Part shown: one piece after another, positions 53,539 through 63,208 of the stretch | How the letters are laid out: each line of letters starts with the position of its first letter | Position numbering within the stretch: the first letter of the stretch is position 1 | Assembly (NCBI GenBank): GCA_043826455.1 | Contig: JBDRQD010000036.1 | Span: 1 to 64,000, forward strand | Direction: 5' to 3' | Source: Candidatus Bathyarchaeota archaeon | Lineage (GTDB): Archaea > Thermoproteota > Bathyarchaeia > TCS64 | DNA: 64,000 nucleotides | Program-made: the position numbers and the translations under genes | Notes under the pieces: generated by a model | What the model saw: the letters and a program-made list of their open reading frames with translations, nothing else | What the model was told of the DNA's origin: nothing | The model's database searches: none

Positions 53539-55497
53539 ATAGGCCAACCAGACAACACCACCATTAGGGTACTCTACGTGGACGACGAGGAAGACAAGCT
53601 ACTCAGAATTTTCTTAAAGGATTCCGATCCTGCCTTCCACGTCGACACTGTGAACTCGGCCAAGAAAGCTTTGAGCTTACTGGAGTCAAAAGAATACGAC
53701 TGCATAGTCTGCGACTACCAGATGCCAGAGGTCACGGGTATCCAGTTTGCCCGGCAGCTGAAAAAGAGGAAAGACCTACCGTTCATCATATACACGGGTC
53801 AGGGAAGCGAGGAGGTGGCCCAGGCGGCCTTCGCCGCAGGAGTGGACGATTACGTCCGCAAGGAGACCTCTCCGAGCCATTACAGTGTGCTTGTAAACAG
53901 TATTCGGCAGGCGGTTGAGAAGAGGCGAGCCGAACACGAGTTAAGGGACTCCTTGGAGACATCGAGCCTGGTGTTCGAGCACATGCCCAGCGGCGTGTTT
54001 CTGTACAGGCACGAGGAGCCTGACAGGCTCGTCCTCACCAACTGCAACCCCGAGGCTCTGAGGCAGACAAAGCTGACCCGAGATGCGATTATCGGTAAGG
54101 AGTTTAACGAGATATGGGGCCCGAAGGGAGATGCTCTCAAGCAGGAGTACCTTAAGGCCATAACGGAGGGGCGCCAGGTCAAATACGAGAGGCTGTTCTG
54201 GGACGACCAGAAAGTATCGGGTTTCTTCAGGTTGTCTGCTCTCCCCATCCCCGGCAAGAGGTTCGCCGTCGCCTTCGAGAACATCAGTGACAAGGTGGGG
54301 TTGAAGGAAAACGCCAAGGCTCAGGAAAGCAGGAAACCGGCTTCCCTTGTCCTCTCCAAGGACGATCCGGAAGAGGCTCACATTGAGAAAGCCTTGCCAG
54401 AGTCGGAGGGCTGGTTCAGCAACATATACCACGAGTCACCTATAGGCATCGAGATATACGACAAGGAGGGCACCCTCATCGAAGCCAACGCCACGGCCCT
54501 CAGCTACTTCGGCGTAGACAAGGTCGAGGACTTCAGAGGCTGGAACATCTTCAGGGACAGCAGTCTAACGGACGAGCAGAAGGAGAAACTGAGAAAAGGA
54601 ACAGAGGTCAGCGTCGAGACTCAGAGAGACTTCGACAGGGTCAAGTACAAGACCAGGAAGAGGGGGGTTCATTACTTTGAGACCACCTTCAAGGCTGTGT
54701 CTACGAACGGCGAGGAGCCTAGAGCCGGATACATGGGGCTAGTTAGAGATGTCACGGACATCAAACGCTCCGAGGCCCAGGTGAGGGAGTACACGGAGCA
54801 GTTGGAGAAGACCATCTTGGAGAGAAGCAGCGAGCTCCTGGAGGCTGAGAGGATGGCTACGGCGGGCCGGGTTGCCTCCATGGTAGGGCACGACCTCCGC
54901 AGCCCCCTCCAGTCGGTGAAGAACGCTGTGTACATGATCAGACAGAGGCCCGAGTACACCGGGAGGATGCTTGACGTCATCGAGGGTGCCGTTGACAGGT
55001 CTCTCAAGATGCTGGACGAGCTGCGGCAGAGGACCCGGGAGGAGCCCCTCGTCTTGGAGCCTACCGACATGAAGGCTCTGGTGGAGGAGGTGGCCAGAGA
55101 GACGCCTCACCCGCCCAAGATCATCATAATGGTTGAGGCGGAGGAGGTCGCCACCATACACGCCGACCCTCTGAGAGTGAGGAGAGCCTTGGAGAATCTT
55201 ATCAACAACGCCATAGAGTCCATACATGTGGAGGGGGAGGTCAAAGTGACCCTCCGCAGAGAAGAGGACGCCATTGTGCTTAGGGTGAGCGACCAGGGGC
55301 GGGGCATGTCCCCCGAAGTGATGAGCCAGCTCTTCAAACCCTTCTTCACCACCAAGCCCGGGGGCATGGGCCTCGGGCTGGCCTTCTGCAAGAGAACTGT
55401 TGAGGCCCACGGCGGCACCATAAAGGTGGAGTCTGAGGAGGGGAAGGGGACCACGGTGACCATCGCCCTCCCTGTCATTGAGCATATTCAGTCTTAG
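53539..55497 (+). CDS. hybrid receiver-PAS-PAS histidine kinase
   Basis: REC (IRVLYVDDE, CDYQMP), two PAS domains, GHDLRSPL, NNA, DQGRG, GMGLGL; start extended to ATA 53539 (uncertain; track start is GTG 53578). Confidence 0.92.
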   Translation: MGQPDNTTIRVLYVDDEEDKLLRIFLKDSDPAFHVDTVNSAKKALSLLESKEYDCIVCDYQMPEVTGIQFARQLKKRKDLPFIIYTGQGSEEVAQAAFAAGVDDYVRKETSPSHYSVLVNSIRQAVEKRRAEHELRDSLETSSLVFEHMPSGVFLYRHEEPDRLVLTNCNPEALRQTKLTRDAIIGKEFNEIWGPKGDALKQEYLKAITEGRQVKYERLFWDDQKVSGFFRLSALPIPGKRFAVAFENISDKVGLKENAKAQESRKPASLVLSKDDPEEAHIEKALPESEGWFSNIYHESPIGIEIYDKEGTLIEANATALSYFGVDKVEDFRGWNIFRDSSLTDEQKEKLRKGTEVSVETQRDFDRVKYKTRKRGVHYFETTFKAVSTNGEEPRAGYMGLVRDVTDIKRSEAQVREYTEQLEKTILERSSELLEAERMATAGRVASMVGHDLRSPLQSVKNAVYMIRQRPEYTGRMLDVIEGAVDRSLKMLDELRQRTREEPLVLEPTDMKALVEEVARETPHPPKIIIMVEAEEVATIHADPLRVRRALENLINNAIESIHVEGEVKVTLRREEDAIVLRVSDQGRGMSPEVMSQLFKPFFTTKPGGMGLGLAFCKRTVEAHGGTIKVESEEGKGTTVTIALPVIEHIQS

Positions 55498-55558
55498 GCT
55501 ACTCATTTTCGTTACCATCAATATTAATTGCATGGGGCGCATCTTGTCCCGCCCCACC

Positions 55559-56602
55559 ATGAAGATAGCGTTAATCGGGTTCGGCACAGTAGGCCAGAGC
55601 CTCGTCAGGGTCTTACACGAGAAAAAGGGTCATCTGAAGGCAAGGTACGGCTTCGACGCCCAGCTTGTGGCCATCAGCGACATCCTGAAGGGCAGCGTCA
55701 TGGACCCGGAGGGCCTTGACCTGGTCCAGCTACTCAGACTGGTGAAGGAAACGGGGAAGATCGATGACTACTCGGGTGGCGTCAAGGGCCTCGACAGTCT
55801 GGAGACCATCAAGCGTTGCGGCGCAGACACGATGGTCGAAGCGGCTTGGACCAACCTGGAGACGGGGGAGCCCGGCATCACTCACATAAGGGAGGCTTTG
55901 AGGGCCGGGAGACACGTGGTGACCAGCAACAAGGGCCCCATAGCCTTGGAGTGTCACAAGCTCAGGCAGTTGGCCGAGGAGAGAGGCGTGGAGCTCAGGT
56001 TCGAGTGCACCGTCATGAGTGGCACCCCCGTCATCGCCTTAGGATTGGAAAATCTGGCGGGCCACAGAGTATCCGAGATCAGGGGGATTGTGAACGGCAC
56101 CACCAACTATATCCTCACTAGGATGGAGAAGGGGATCGATTACTCTGACGCCCTTAGAGAGGCTCAGAGGCTTGGCATCGCTGAGGTGGACCCCGCTACG
56201 GATGTGGAGGGCTGGGACGCCGTCGGCAAGATAGTCATTTTAGCCAACACGGTGATGGGCGCCCACATTAAACCCTGCGATGTGAGGCGCGAAGGCGTCA
56301 CAGAGATATCTTCCAGGGATATGAAGGACGCGCTTAGGGAGGGTAAACGCATCAAGCTCATCGCCCGCGCCTGGGGCGATGAGGGCGAGGTTCAAGCAAG
56401 TGTTGGCCCCGAGAAGATCAGTCTCAATGATCCTTTAGCCCACGTGGCTGGAAGCTTGAACGCCCTAACCTATGTTACCGATGGCCTCAAGGAAGTCACC
56501 CTCATGGGCCCAGGAGCAGGAGGAGTAGAGACCGGCCACGGTGTGCTAAGTGATCTGCTGGCCATCCACAGAGAAATGAGCAGAGGATTAGGCGGACAGT
56601 AA
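55559..56602 (+). CDS. hom: homoserine dehydrogenase
   Basis: GFGTVG, VVTSNKGP, GIVNGTTNYIL, DVEGWDA, GPGAG. Confidence 0.95.
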   Translation: MKIALIGFGTVGQSLVRVLHEKKGHLKARYGFDAQLVAISDILKGSVMDPEGLDLVQLLRLVKETGKIDDYSGGVKGLDSLETIKRCGADTMVEAAWTNLETGEPGITHIREALRAGRHVVTSNKGPIALECHKLRQLAEERGVELRFECTVMSGTPVIALGLENLAGHRVSEIRGIVNGTTNYILTRMEKGIDYSDALREAQRLGIAEVDPATDVEGWDAVGKIVILANTVMGAHIKPCDVRREGVTEISSRDMKDALREGKRIKLIARAWGDEGEVQASVGPEKISLNDPLAHVAGSLNALTYVTDGLKEVTLMGPGAGGVETGHGVLSDLLAIHREMSRGLGGQ

Positions 56603-56647
56603 ACCTGGTTCACGTCTCAGCGCTCAACTCTCAGCCAATGTATCCGT

Positions 56648-58273
56648 CTAGTAGCCGAGAGCGACTCCCAGTCGGCGTGGATCGGCTGTTCCGCTGAGGA
56701 CGTCCCCCTTCCGCCAGACGCATTGCATGCTGCCCATGGGCCAGTGGTAGTCCCCCAGGGGCCTGGTCATGAAGCCCATTCTCTTCAGGTCCTTCACCAC
56801 CTTCAAGGGCAATCTGCTCTCCACCTCGATGGTCCAGTCGTCCCTCAGGGGCCAGAATCTCGGGGCGTCTATTGCCTGGTAGGGGTCCCAACTGTACTCC
56901 AGGATGCTTAGTAGAACCTGGGGCACAGTGAATATACAGTCCCCCGGGCTGCCTATGGTCATCCAGGGCTCACCGCCCCTGGCCACGATGGTGTTGGCGA
57001 TGGCGTGCTGGGTACGGCCCCCTGGCTCCACCATGGCGTACCTCTCCCACTCTATGCCGCTCCCCGGGACGCCGTCCACCACGACTCCGGGTATGCCGCC
57101 GCCCCCCGTTTCCATCATCTGGACCCAGTTGCCGTGCTCGTCTAGGATGCTGAGCTCGCAGCTGTCATGGGGCGTGTGGCCTGTGGAGGGTAGGCTGCCT
57201 TGGTGAGCGGATTTGCTGTGAGTCAGGTCAAGATACTCCGATAGGTCCCCCCTGGGGCGGCTCCTCTTCCAGAGCTCCGACGTTACCCGGTGATAGTCCT
57301 CGGACAGGAGGATATCCAGCGGGTCGTGGTAGTACTCGGCGTCGTGGATGAGGCTTCTGTCGTTGTGGGCCCTGCTCAGGGTCCAGGCCGTCAGGGCGAG
57401 GGTCTCAGCGGACTCGGTGTATTGGCCCATGGACTCTAGGTCAAAGTTGCCGAGCACCCCCAGCAGGAACCCCGTGTAGAAGCCTCCCCTCTGGGGCGGA
57501 GGGATGCCTATGACAGTGTCCTCCTTGTAGCTGATCTCCACCGGGTCTACCCAGACTGGCTCGTAGCCGGCCACGTGCTCAAGGGTGATGCCCCACCCCA
57601 TGGCGTTGGCTTCCTCTACCAGGCGCTTGGCCCAGCGGCCCGACGTGAAGTAGTCTGGGCCCTCCTCTGCCGAGCGCATCAGGGTGTCAGCTAGGTCGGG
57701 GCGCCTCCAAACCCTTCCAGCGGGGACCTGGAATCCGCCTGGGGCGAAGTGTCTCCTTCCGCTGGGAAAATACGTTCTGCCCTCCAGGGTGCTGCTTCTG
57801 CCTCCTGCTCCGCCGTACAGGAGTGCATACTCCCAGCTGGTAACGAGGTGGCCGTCCCTGGCGGCCTTCACCGCCGGCTCCACTAGGTCTCTCCACTCCA
57901 TGGAGCCGAACCTGTGAAGCATGGCCCTGAGGCCAGCAACTGAACCGGGGATAGCTGCCGCCGTCTCCTTGGCGAAGGGGTGAGGGCAGAAGGGGGCCTG
58001 GCCCTCCGGTAGGATTGGGGACGCGTCCATGAAGTGGCTGCGCTCTGTGTCGGCGTCCCAGTAGAGGAAGCTGACTGTGCCGCTGTGGGTGGTCATATGG
58101 GGCTCGTACACCGGCCCCGCAAGGCTACCCGCCACAGCCGCGTCCACGGCGTTGCCCCCCCTCCTCAGGACCTCCACCATAATCCTGCTGACCTCAGGGT
58201 GGCTGCTGCTCACCACCCCGTGCTTGGCTGTCACCACCTCCTTGGGTCCCTGCCTCGGCTCCATGTGCATCAT
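56648..58273 (-). CDS. gamma-glutamyltransferase-like Ntn hydrolase (divergent)
   Basis: GGNAVDAAVA, IPGSVAGL, GSPG, AIDAPR, ADPRR; start approximate. Confidence 0.87.
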   Translation of the reverse strand: MMHMEPRQGPKEVVTAKHGVVSSSHPEVSRIMVEVLRRGGNAVDAAVAGSLAGPVYEPHMTTHSGTVSFLYWDADTERSHFMDASPILPEGQAPFCPHPFAKETAAAIPGSVAGLRAMLHRFGSMEWRDLVEPAVKAARDGHLVTSWEYALLYGGAGGRSSTLEGRTYFPSGRRHFAPGGFQVPAGRVWRRPDLADTLMRSAEEGPDYFTSGRWAKRLVEEANAMGWGITLEHVAGYEPVWVDPVEISYKEDTVIGIPPPQRGGFYTGFLLGVLGNFDLESMGQYTESAETLALTAWTLSRAHNDRSLIHDAEYYHDPLDILLSEDYHRVTSELWKRSRPRGDLSEYLDLTHSKSAHQGSLPSTGHTPHDSCELSILDEHGNWVQMMETGGGGIPGVVVDGVPGSGIEWERYAMVEPGGRTQHAIANTIVARGGEPWMTIGSPGDCIFTVPQVLLSILEYSWDPYQAIDAPRFWPLRDDWTIEVESRLPLKVVKDLKRMGFMTRPLGDYHWPMGSMQCVWRKGDVLSGTADPRRLGVALGY

Positions 58274-58351
58274 CCCTACGTGGGTTAACCCCCTATATGA
58301 AAACGAGGAGCCGCCCAAATCTTCAATACTGTCTCCACCCAAGGCATACCC

Positions 58352-58840
58352 ATGCCGGACGAGCGGACTCCCCCCAAGTGGGTGTACAAGGGAAGAAGGC
58401 CGCCGTCAGACGACGCATACTTCGAGAACATGAGCCGCTGCGTCTTCCAGGCGGGCCTCAGTTGGAGGCTCATGGCAGACAAGTGGCCCAACTTCCAGAG
58501 GACCTTCGACGGGTTCGAGGTACGGAAGGTGGCTGGGTACGGGGCGGACGACATCAGGAGGCTGAGCGAGGACTCGGGTATCATCCGGAACAGGTCCAAG
58601 ATCGTGGCCACCATCGAGAACGCTAGGGAGTTCGAGAGGGTGGCGGCTGAGGCCGGGAGCTTCCAGAGGTGGCTTGATGGGATAGACAAGGCCAACAACT
58701 ATGATCTGGTGGTGAAGCGGCTGAAGGCCAGGTTCCGGAGGGTGGGCCCCAGCACCGCCCACATCTTCCTGTGGAGCGTGGGTGAGCCCATAGAGTACGA
58801 GCCCGAAGTATTCACCAGACGACCCAAGAAGATGGTCTGA
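58352..58840 (+). CDS. tag: DNA-3-methyladenine glycosylase I family
   Basis: FQAGLSW, GIIRNRSKI.ATI.NA, F..VGP.TA..FL. Confidence 0.88.
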   Translation: MPDERTPPKWVYKGRRPPSDDAYFENMSRCVFQAGLSWRLMADKWPNFQRTFDGFEVRKVAGYGADDIRRLSEDSGIIRNRSKIVATIENAREFERVAAEAGSFQRWLDGIDKANNYDLVVKRLKARFRRVGPSTAHIFLWSVGEPIEYEPEVFTRRPKKMV

Positions 58841-59032
58841 CCCGAACACTGTTCTCTTTCACGGTTCTCTCATATCTTTTCTTATCACGGAACCCTATCC
58901 AGTTTCCAGTGCAGGCCTAGGTAATATGTCTCCGGAAACCCCTTTATATCAGCCAGCTTGCTCTACCTGAGCCCGGGAGCGGCGGAGCTGTTTAAAGAAG
59001 GGGAAGGAGACGCCGCTCCACGGCTACCTCCT

Positions 59033-60271
59033 TCACCCCGTGAGGGGTGACTTGAGGGAGAGGTAGTCCTCCACGACTGCCTCTCCTAGGTTCTCGGGGT
59101 TCACGTAGGCTACCCTGCCTAGGTTCTCCCTAGCCACCCTCTGGGCCATCTCCCTGAGTTGGGGGTCGTCGTCCAGCATTATGACGTTAAGGACTATGCC
59201 GTGCATCCTATAGAGGCGGGCCTCGTCGATAACGGCCGCCATGGCCCTGGTGAAGCCCACGAACTCGCCGTCCAGGAAGTTGGGGGCCGTGTCGGTGACG
59301 AGGTGGCACTGCTTATTCCCTGGCTCGTAGATGACGCGGCTCCTGAAGGCCCTGAGGGCGGCCCTGATGTCGGTGAACTTCATGGGGACCGTGGCGGCTG
59401 TCAGCATCCAGGGCTCCACCTCCCGGACCTCCTCGCTGAAGGCTATCACCCTGAGCCTGTCCTCCGGGTACAGGGTCATCATGAGCTCGGAGAGGGCCAG
59501 CGCCGTCTCCACGGCCGCCTCCAGTTTTCTCTTCTTCCTCATGCTGGCGCTCTGGTCCACCAGCACCCCGAAGTGGAGCTCGGTGCTGTGGAGGGGTTCC
59601 CAGACCCTGAAGTCGCCCGCGGTGAAGCTGCTCATGGGTGCGCCGCGCTCTAGGGCGGCTAGGAGCGTCCTCTCGATGTTGATCCTGTGGTAGGGGTCTC
59701 CGGGCTCGTAGGGGCGCACCGTGGCCCCGGTCCAGGCTCCGGCTCCAATGTCTTCTATCTTGTGGGGGCCCAGGCCTCTTCGCTCCAAGTTGAGCAGTAT
59801 TCTTGTGAGGAAGCCTTGGCCCATGACTCTGGCGCCTCTGGATGTGAGCCTGACGGTGTGGGGGCCCTTCTCCACGAGTCCCTTCTCCTCCAGGTCCCGG
59901 AGGGTCTCGTTGTAGTCTCTCTTGGAGACGCCTTGAGGCTCCTTCCTGAGCTCCTCTATCTCGTCCTCCAGGCCCTGCATCTCGGCTGTTAGCCCGGCGT
60001 CACCCAAGACCTTCTCCAGATCGCCGGAGTCCAGGAGGCTCTCCACGCTTCTCTGCATCTGTTCCGCCTTCAGCCGCTTCAGCTCCTCGGTGAGCTGGCT
60101 GATCCTCTCCTGGGCCTCCCTGAACCTTTCCTCGGCCCTCTCCCTGGCCCTCTCCATGAACTCGCTGTCATGGTCCAGCCCCTGCCCCATCTGCATCCTG
60201 GCGGCGTCCCTGAGCAGCTCCAGCAGGCTGTCCTGGAAGTCGCTGCACGGGTGGCTCCTGGGGCTCATCAA
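59033..60271 (-). CDS. VWA domain protein (AAA partner)
   Basis: VRPYEPGD, MIDAS DQSASM, FTDIRAAL, LVTD; N-terminal coiled coil. Confidence 0.85.
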   Translation of the reverse strand: MMSPRSHPCSDFQDSLLELLRDAARMQMGQGLDHDSEFMERARERAEERFREAQERISQLTEELKRLKAEQMQRSVESLLDSGDLEKVLGDAGLTAEMQGLEDEIEELRKEPQGVSKRDYNETLRDLEEKGLVEKGPHTVRLTSRGARVMGQGFLTRILLNLERRGLGPHKIEDIGAGAWTGATVRPYEPGDPYHRINIERTLLAALERGAPMSSFTAGDFRVWEPLHSTELHFGVLVDQSASMRKKRKLEAAVETALALSELMMTLYPEDRLRVIAFSEEVREVEPWMLTAATVPMKFTDIRAALRAFRSRVIYEPGNKQCHLVTDTAPNFLDGEFVGFTRAMAAVIDEARLYRMHGIVLNVIMLDDDPQLREMAQRVARENLGRVAYVNPENLGEAVVEDYLSLKSPLTG

Positions 60272-60273
60272 GG

Positions 60274-61776
60274 CTACGTCATCCTTCTGGGCACGTACAG
60301 CCTGTCCTGGGCTGCGAATCCCTGGGTCACCTTCTCGGCCAGCATGGCGTTGGCCAGGAGCTCCACGGCTGAGGCCTGGTACTCGGCCACGGCCTCGGGC
60401 TCGGCGGCCGCGGGGTTCTCCCTGAGCACCTGCTCCAGGCCGTTCACCAGTGCTGGGCTCTCCCAGGTCTTCAGCTCCCTCATGAGGTTGACGGCGGTGT
60501 CGAGGAGCGGGTACTCCTCCAGGCTCACAGGGGCGGGCGTCGCTGAGAGGAACCTGTCCACCTCCTCAGCCATGTCTCTGACGTTGATGTCGCCGGAGAG
60601 GACGGCCAGCACATGCTTACCCACGTCCCTGGCAGCGTACCAGATGATGTCTTCCACCACCTCGTTGTTCCTGGCCATGAAGGCGCTGGGGCTGTCGTCG
60701 AAGCCCACCAGGTCGGCCCTGAGCCTGATCCTGCCCCTAAGACCCAGCATGAGGCCGTCGGCGGCGTCCCGGAGGCAGGCTACCTTGGCGCCCCGTAGCT
60801 CGGCGCTGCTGTAGGTGTGGTCTAGGCTCTTGATGCTGCCCCTGATGCTGCTGCCCCTGTCGATGTTGGGGCAGTCCCTGGTGTAGCGGGCGGCCTTGGT
60901 TACCACGTCCACGATCCACCAGGGCACCGCGGCCTGCCGCTTCAGGTCCGTGGGTTTGGCGGAGATGGGTTCCTGGGGCCTGTCTTGGGCAGGGTCGGTG
61001 AAGAAGTCGTCCATGACCTTGAACCCCTCCTTGAACATGATCTCCCTCTCCACGGCCTCCTCGGGCAGCCCCATGGGTATCAGCTCCAGGCGGTCAAGGA
61101 GGGGCTCGGGCACCCGGTTCACGTGGCTGAACCCCGCGGGGTTGCCGGTGGCTACGAAGAATATGTCTATGGGTCGGACCCAGTTATACTCCTCGAGCAC
61201 TATCCGCCGCTCCTGGAGCATGGGGTGGAAAAGCACCTGCACCTTGGTGGGTATTGCCGGCAGCTCGTCCACGCAGACGACGCCCCTGTTGCCCCGGAGC
61301 ACGCCGGTGCCTATGAAGGCCCGGGGGTCGGTGGGGCTGTCCCCCTGGACGATGGCCTGGAGGTCCTTGACGCCCAGTATCTTGGCCTCGTTGGTGTACT
61401 CGTTGCCTTGGATGCGGCTGTACCGCTGCCTGCCGCTGATGAACTCGATCTCTGGGTTCTCCTCGCCCTGGCAGACGGGGCACTTCCACTCCTCGGGCCA
61501 CTTGGGGTCGCAGTTGTAGGGACAGCCCTTGATCTTGGGTACTGGTGGCAGGAGCTTGGCGAGGCTCTCGGCTAGGCGGGTCTTGCCGGTGCCCTCCCGG
61601 CTCACCAGGTATGGGTAGCCGCCGCTGAGTACCGCCCTTATAACATCGTTTTTAGTCTCGTCGCGTCCCTCTATGTCCGGGAGGGGATCCTCCCCCGCCC
61701 GGAGTTTCCTGAGCATCATGTACCTGAGCTCGTAGGCGACGGGCATGGGCTGGTAGGTGTCTATGTTGAACTCCAT
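60274..61776 (-). CDS. MoxR/Mg-chelatase-like AAA+ ATPase
   Basis: Walker A SREGTGKT, GCPYNCDP Zn motif, VCVDEL, ATGNP, LLDRL. Confidence 0.85.
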   Translation of the reverse strand: MEFNIDTYQPMPVAYELRYMMLRKLRAGEDPLPDIEGRDETKNDVIRAVLSGGYPYLVSREGTGKTRLAESLAKLLPPVPKIKGCPYNCDPKWPEEWKCPVCQGEENPEIEFISGRQRYSRIQGNEYTNEAKILGVKDLQAIVQGDSPTDPRAFIGTGVLRGNRGVVCVDELPAIPTKVQVLFHPMLQERRIVLEEYNWVRPIDIFFVATGNPAGFSHVNRVPEPLLDRLELIPMGLPEEAVEREIMFKEGFKVMDDFFTDPAQDRPQEPISAKPTDLKRQAAVPWWIVDVVTKAARYTRDCPNIDRGSSIRGSIKSLDHTYSSAELRGAKVACLRDAADGLMLGLRGRIRLRADLVGFDDSPSAFMARNNEVVEDIIWYAARDVGKHVLAVLSGDINVRDMAEEVDRFLSATPAPVSLEEYPLLDTAVNLMRELKTWESPALVNGLEQVLRENPAAAEPEAVAEYQASAVELLANAMLAEKVTQGFAAQDRLYVPRRMT

Positions 61777-61875
61777 GGTGGGCTCCTCCTTTTATCTGCT
61801 GATACAGCCATGCCCGGGGAATTAAACAATATCTTCCTGTGGCTGGAATGTTTTTTTGTTGATCTACGGATCACA

Positions 61876-61915
61876 ACCTTTATAAGGTAAATCTTTACCA
61901 AAAGAATGTAAAGAT
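61876..61915 (+). promoter_or_regulatory. TATA box with downstream palindromic operator
   Basis: ACCTT-TAT-AAGGT, then ATCTTTAC-N9-GTAAAGAT (61891-61915). Confidence 0.55.
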
Positions 61916-61957
61916 ATACCGGTGTCTGTATGGCGCCGGGTATCCCGAGGAATCAAC

Positions 61958-62452
61958 ATGGGGCTACTGTCAAACCACGAAGCCGTTGTCTGGGGCGAGT
62001 TCCAGGAGGGGAAGAGCACCAGTGAGATCGCTGACGGTCACCGGGCTGAGGGGTGGACCCCCAGCTACGCCAGCAGGGTCCTGAATAGGGCCCGGGAGAA
62101 GATCGCGGGGGCTCTGCGGGGTCACGCAGACAGCCATAGGTTGGACGTGGAGAGTCTGCAGGACTATAAGGGGCTGCTGATGGGGTTTGACTACCAGGCT
62201 AACAGCCAGGTCTACATGGTGTACACTGAGTCGCTGGGGGTGGTGGTGTGGTACATGCACAGCAGCTACGCGGGTAAGCTGTGCCCCGAGTGCCCCAAGG
62301 AGGAGGAGTGTAGGGAGGCTCTGGACGCCGTGCTTGAGGAGTACGGCTTGGAGCTGCGGCCCGACGAGGAGGCTCTGCCGATGACGAGGCAGAGCACGGC
62401 CGTCTTCCATAAGCTGGCGGCCAAGGAGGTTCCACGGTACAGGAGGAAATGA
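61958..62452 (+). CDS. putative HTH regulator with Cys-rich C-terminal motif
   Basis: GKSTSEIA..PSYASRVLNRAREKI HTH-like segment; CPECPKEEEC. Confidence 0.65.
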   Translation: MGLLSNHEAVVWGEFQEGKSTSEIADGHRAEGWTPSYASRVLNRAREKIAGALRGHADSHRLDVESLQDYKGLLMGFDYQANSQVYMVYTESLGVVVWYMHSSYAGKLCPECPKEEECREALDAVLEEYGLELRPDEEALPMTRQSTAVFHKLAAKEVPRYRRK

Positions 62453-63195
62453 GAATGGGTAAAGAGGTTGAGTCTAAGGTGATTAAGCCGCCGGTCCAGA
62501 AGGTGGTCAGCGGCAAGATTTTCAGGCCTGCGAGGGCCTACGTGTACAAGCTGTGGGTGAAGAACACGGCGATAGCGGTCTGCATCTGGCTGGGCACGAT
62601 TCTTTTCATCGTGGCCTCGCTGTACTTCATCAACGCGGTGGACCCGGGGGAGATGGAGAACGCCATGCGGACCATGGGGACGTGGCTGTGGACGCTGAGC
62701 AACTGGTTGATACTGGGTAACCTGCTGTGGCTTGTGCCGGCCCTGGCCCTCATCCCCTACTACGTGAACAGGATCGAGTACAGTGTCATCTCCGAGTCCG
62801 GTGAGAGCATGCCGGAGGTGTACGTCAAGAAGGGCATCTTCACCATCACTAGGAAGCATGTGCCTTTCAGAACCATCACTAACATCGCCAGTAACGCGGG
62901 GCCCTTCGACAGGATCTTCAGCTTGGGTAACGTGAGCATAGAGACGGCGGGGTTCAGCGGCCAGCAGACGGGGCCGGAGGAGAGGCTGGAAGGCATCGTC
63001 TTCTACGAGGAGGTCCGGGACTTCATCCTCAATGAGCTGCGGAAGTTCAGGGCGCCCTACGCCACCATGACGGAGGTGGTTTCGCCCCTGGAGGAGCCTG
63101 TGCCCAGGGGGCCGGGCCTGGACGACGAGATACTGATTACTCTCAGGGAGATCAGGGACCATCTGAGGGCCCAGAGGAAGGCTCCGGGTGCCTAG
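62449..63195 (+). CDS. membrane protein with bacterial PH (bPH_2/YdbS-like) domain
   Basis: Two TM helices then KKGIFTITRKHVPFRTITN..GPFDRIFSLGNVSIETAG; ATGA overlap with upstream gene. Confidence 0.85.
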   Translation: MRMGKEVESKVIKPPVQKVVSGKIFRPARAYVYKLWVKNTAIAVCIWLGTILFIVASLYFINAVDPGEMENAMRTMGTWLWTLSNWLILGNLLWLVPALALIPYYVNRIEYSVISESGESMPEVYVKKGIFTITRKHVPFRTITNIASNAGPFDRIFSLGNVSIETAGFSGQQTGPEERLEGIVFYEEVRDFILNELRKFRAPYATMTEVVSPLEEPVPRGPGLDDEILITLREIRDHLRAQRKAPGA

Positions 63196-63208
63196 GGGCG
63201 CCCTTTTC

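Noticed and set aside
58895..58945. Origin recognition box-like TTTCCAGTG..GGAAAC
   Set aside because: Partial match only, not repeated, and no cdc6/orc1 nearby.
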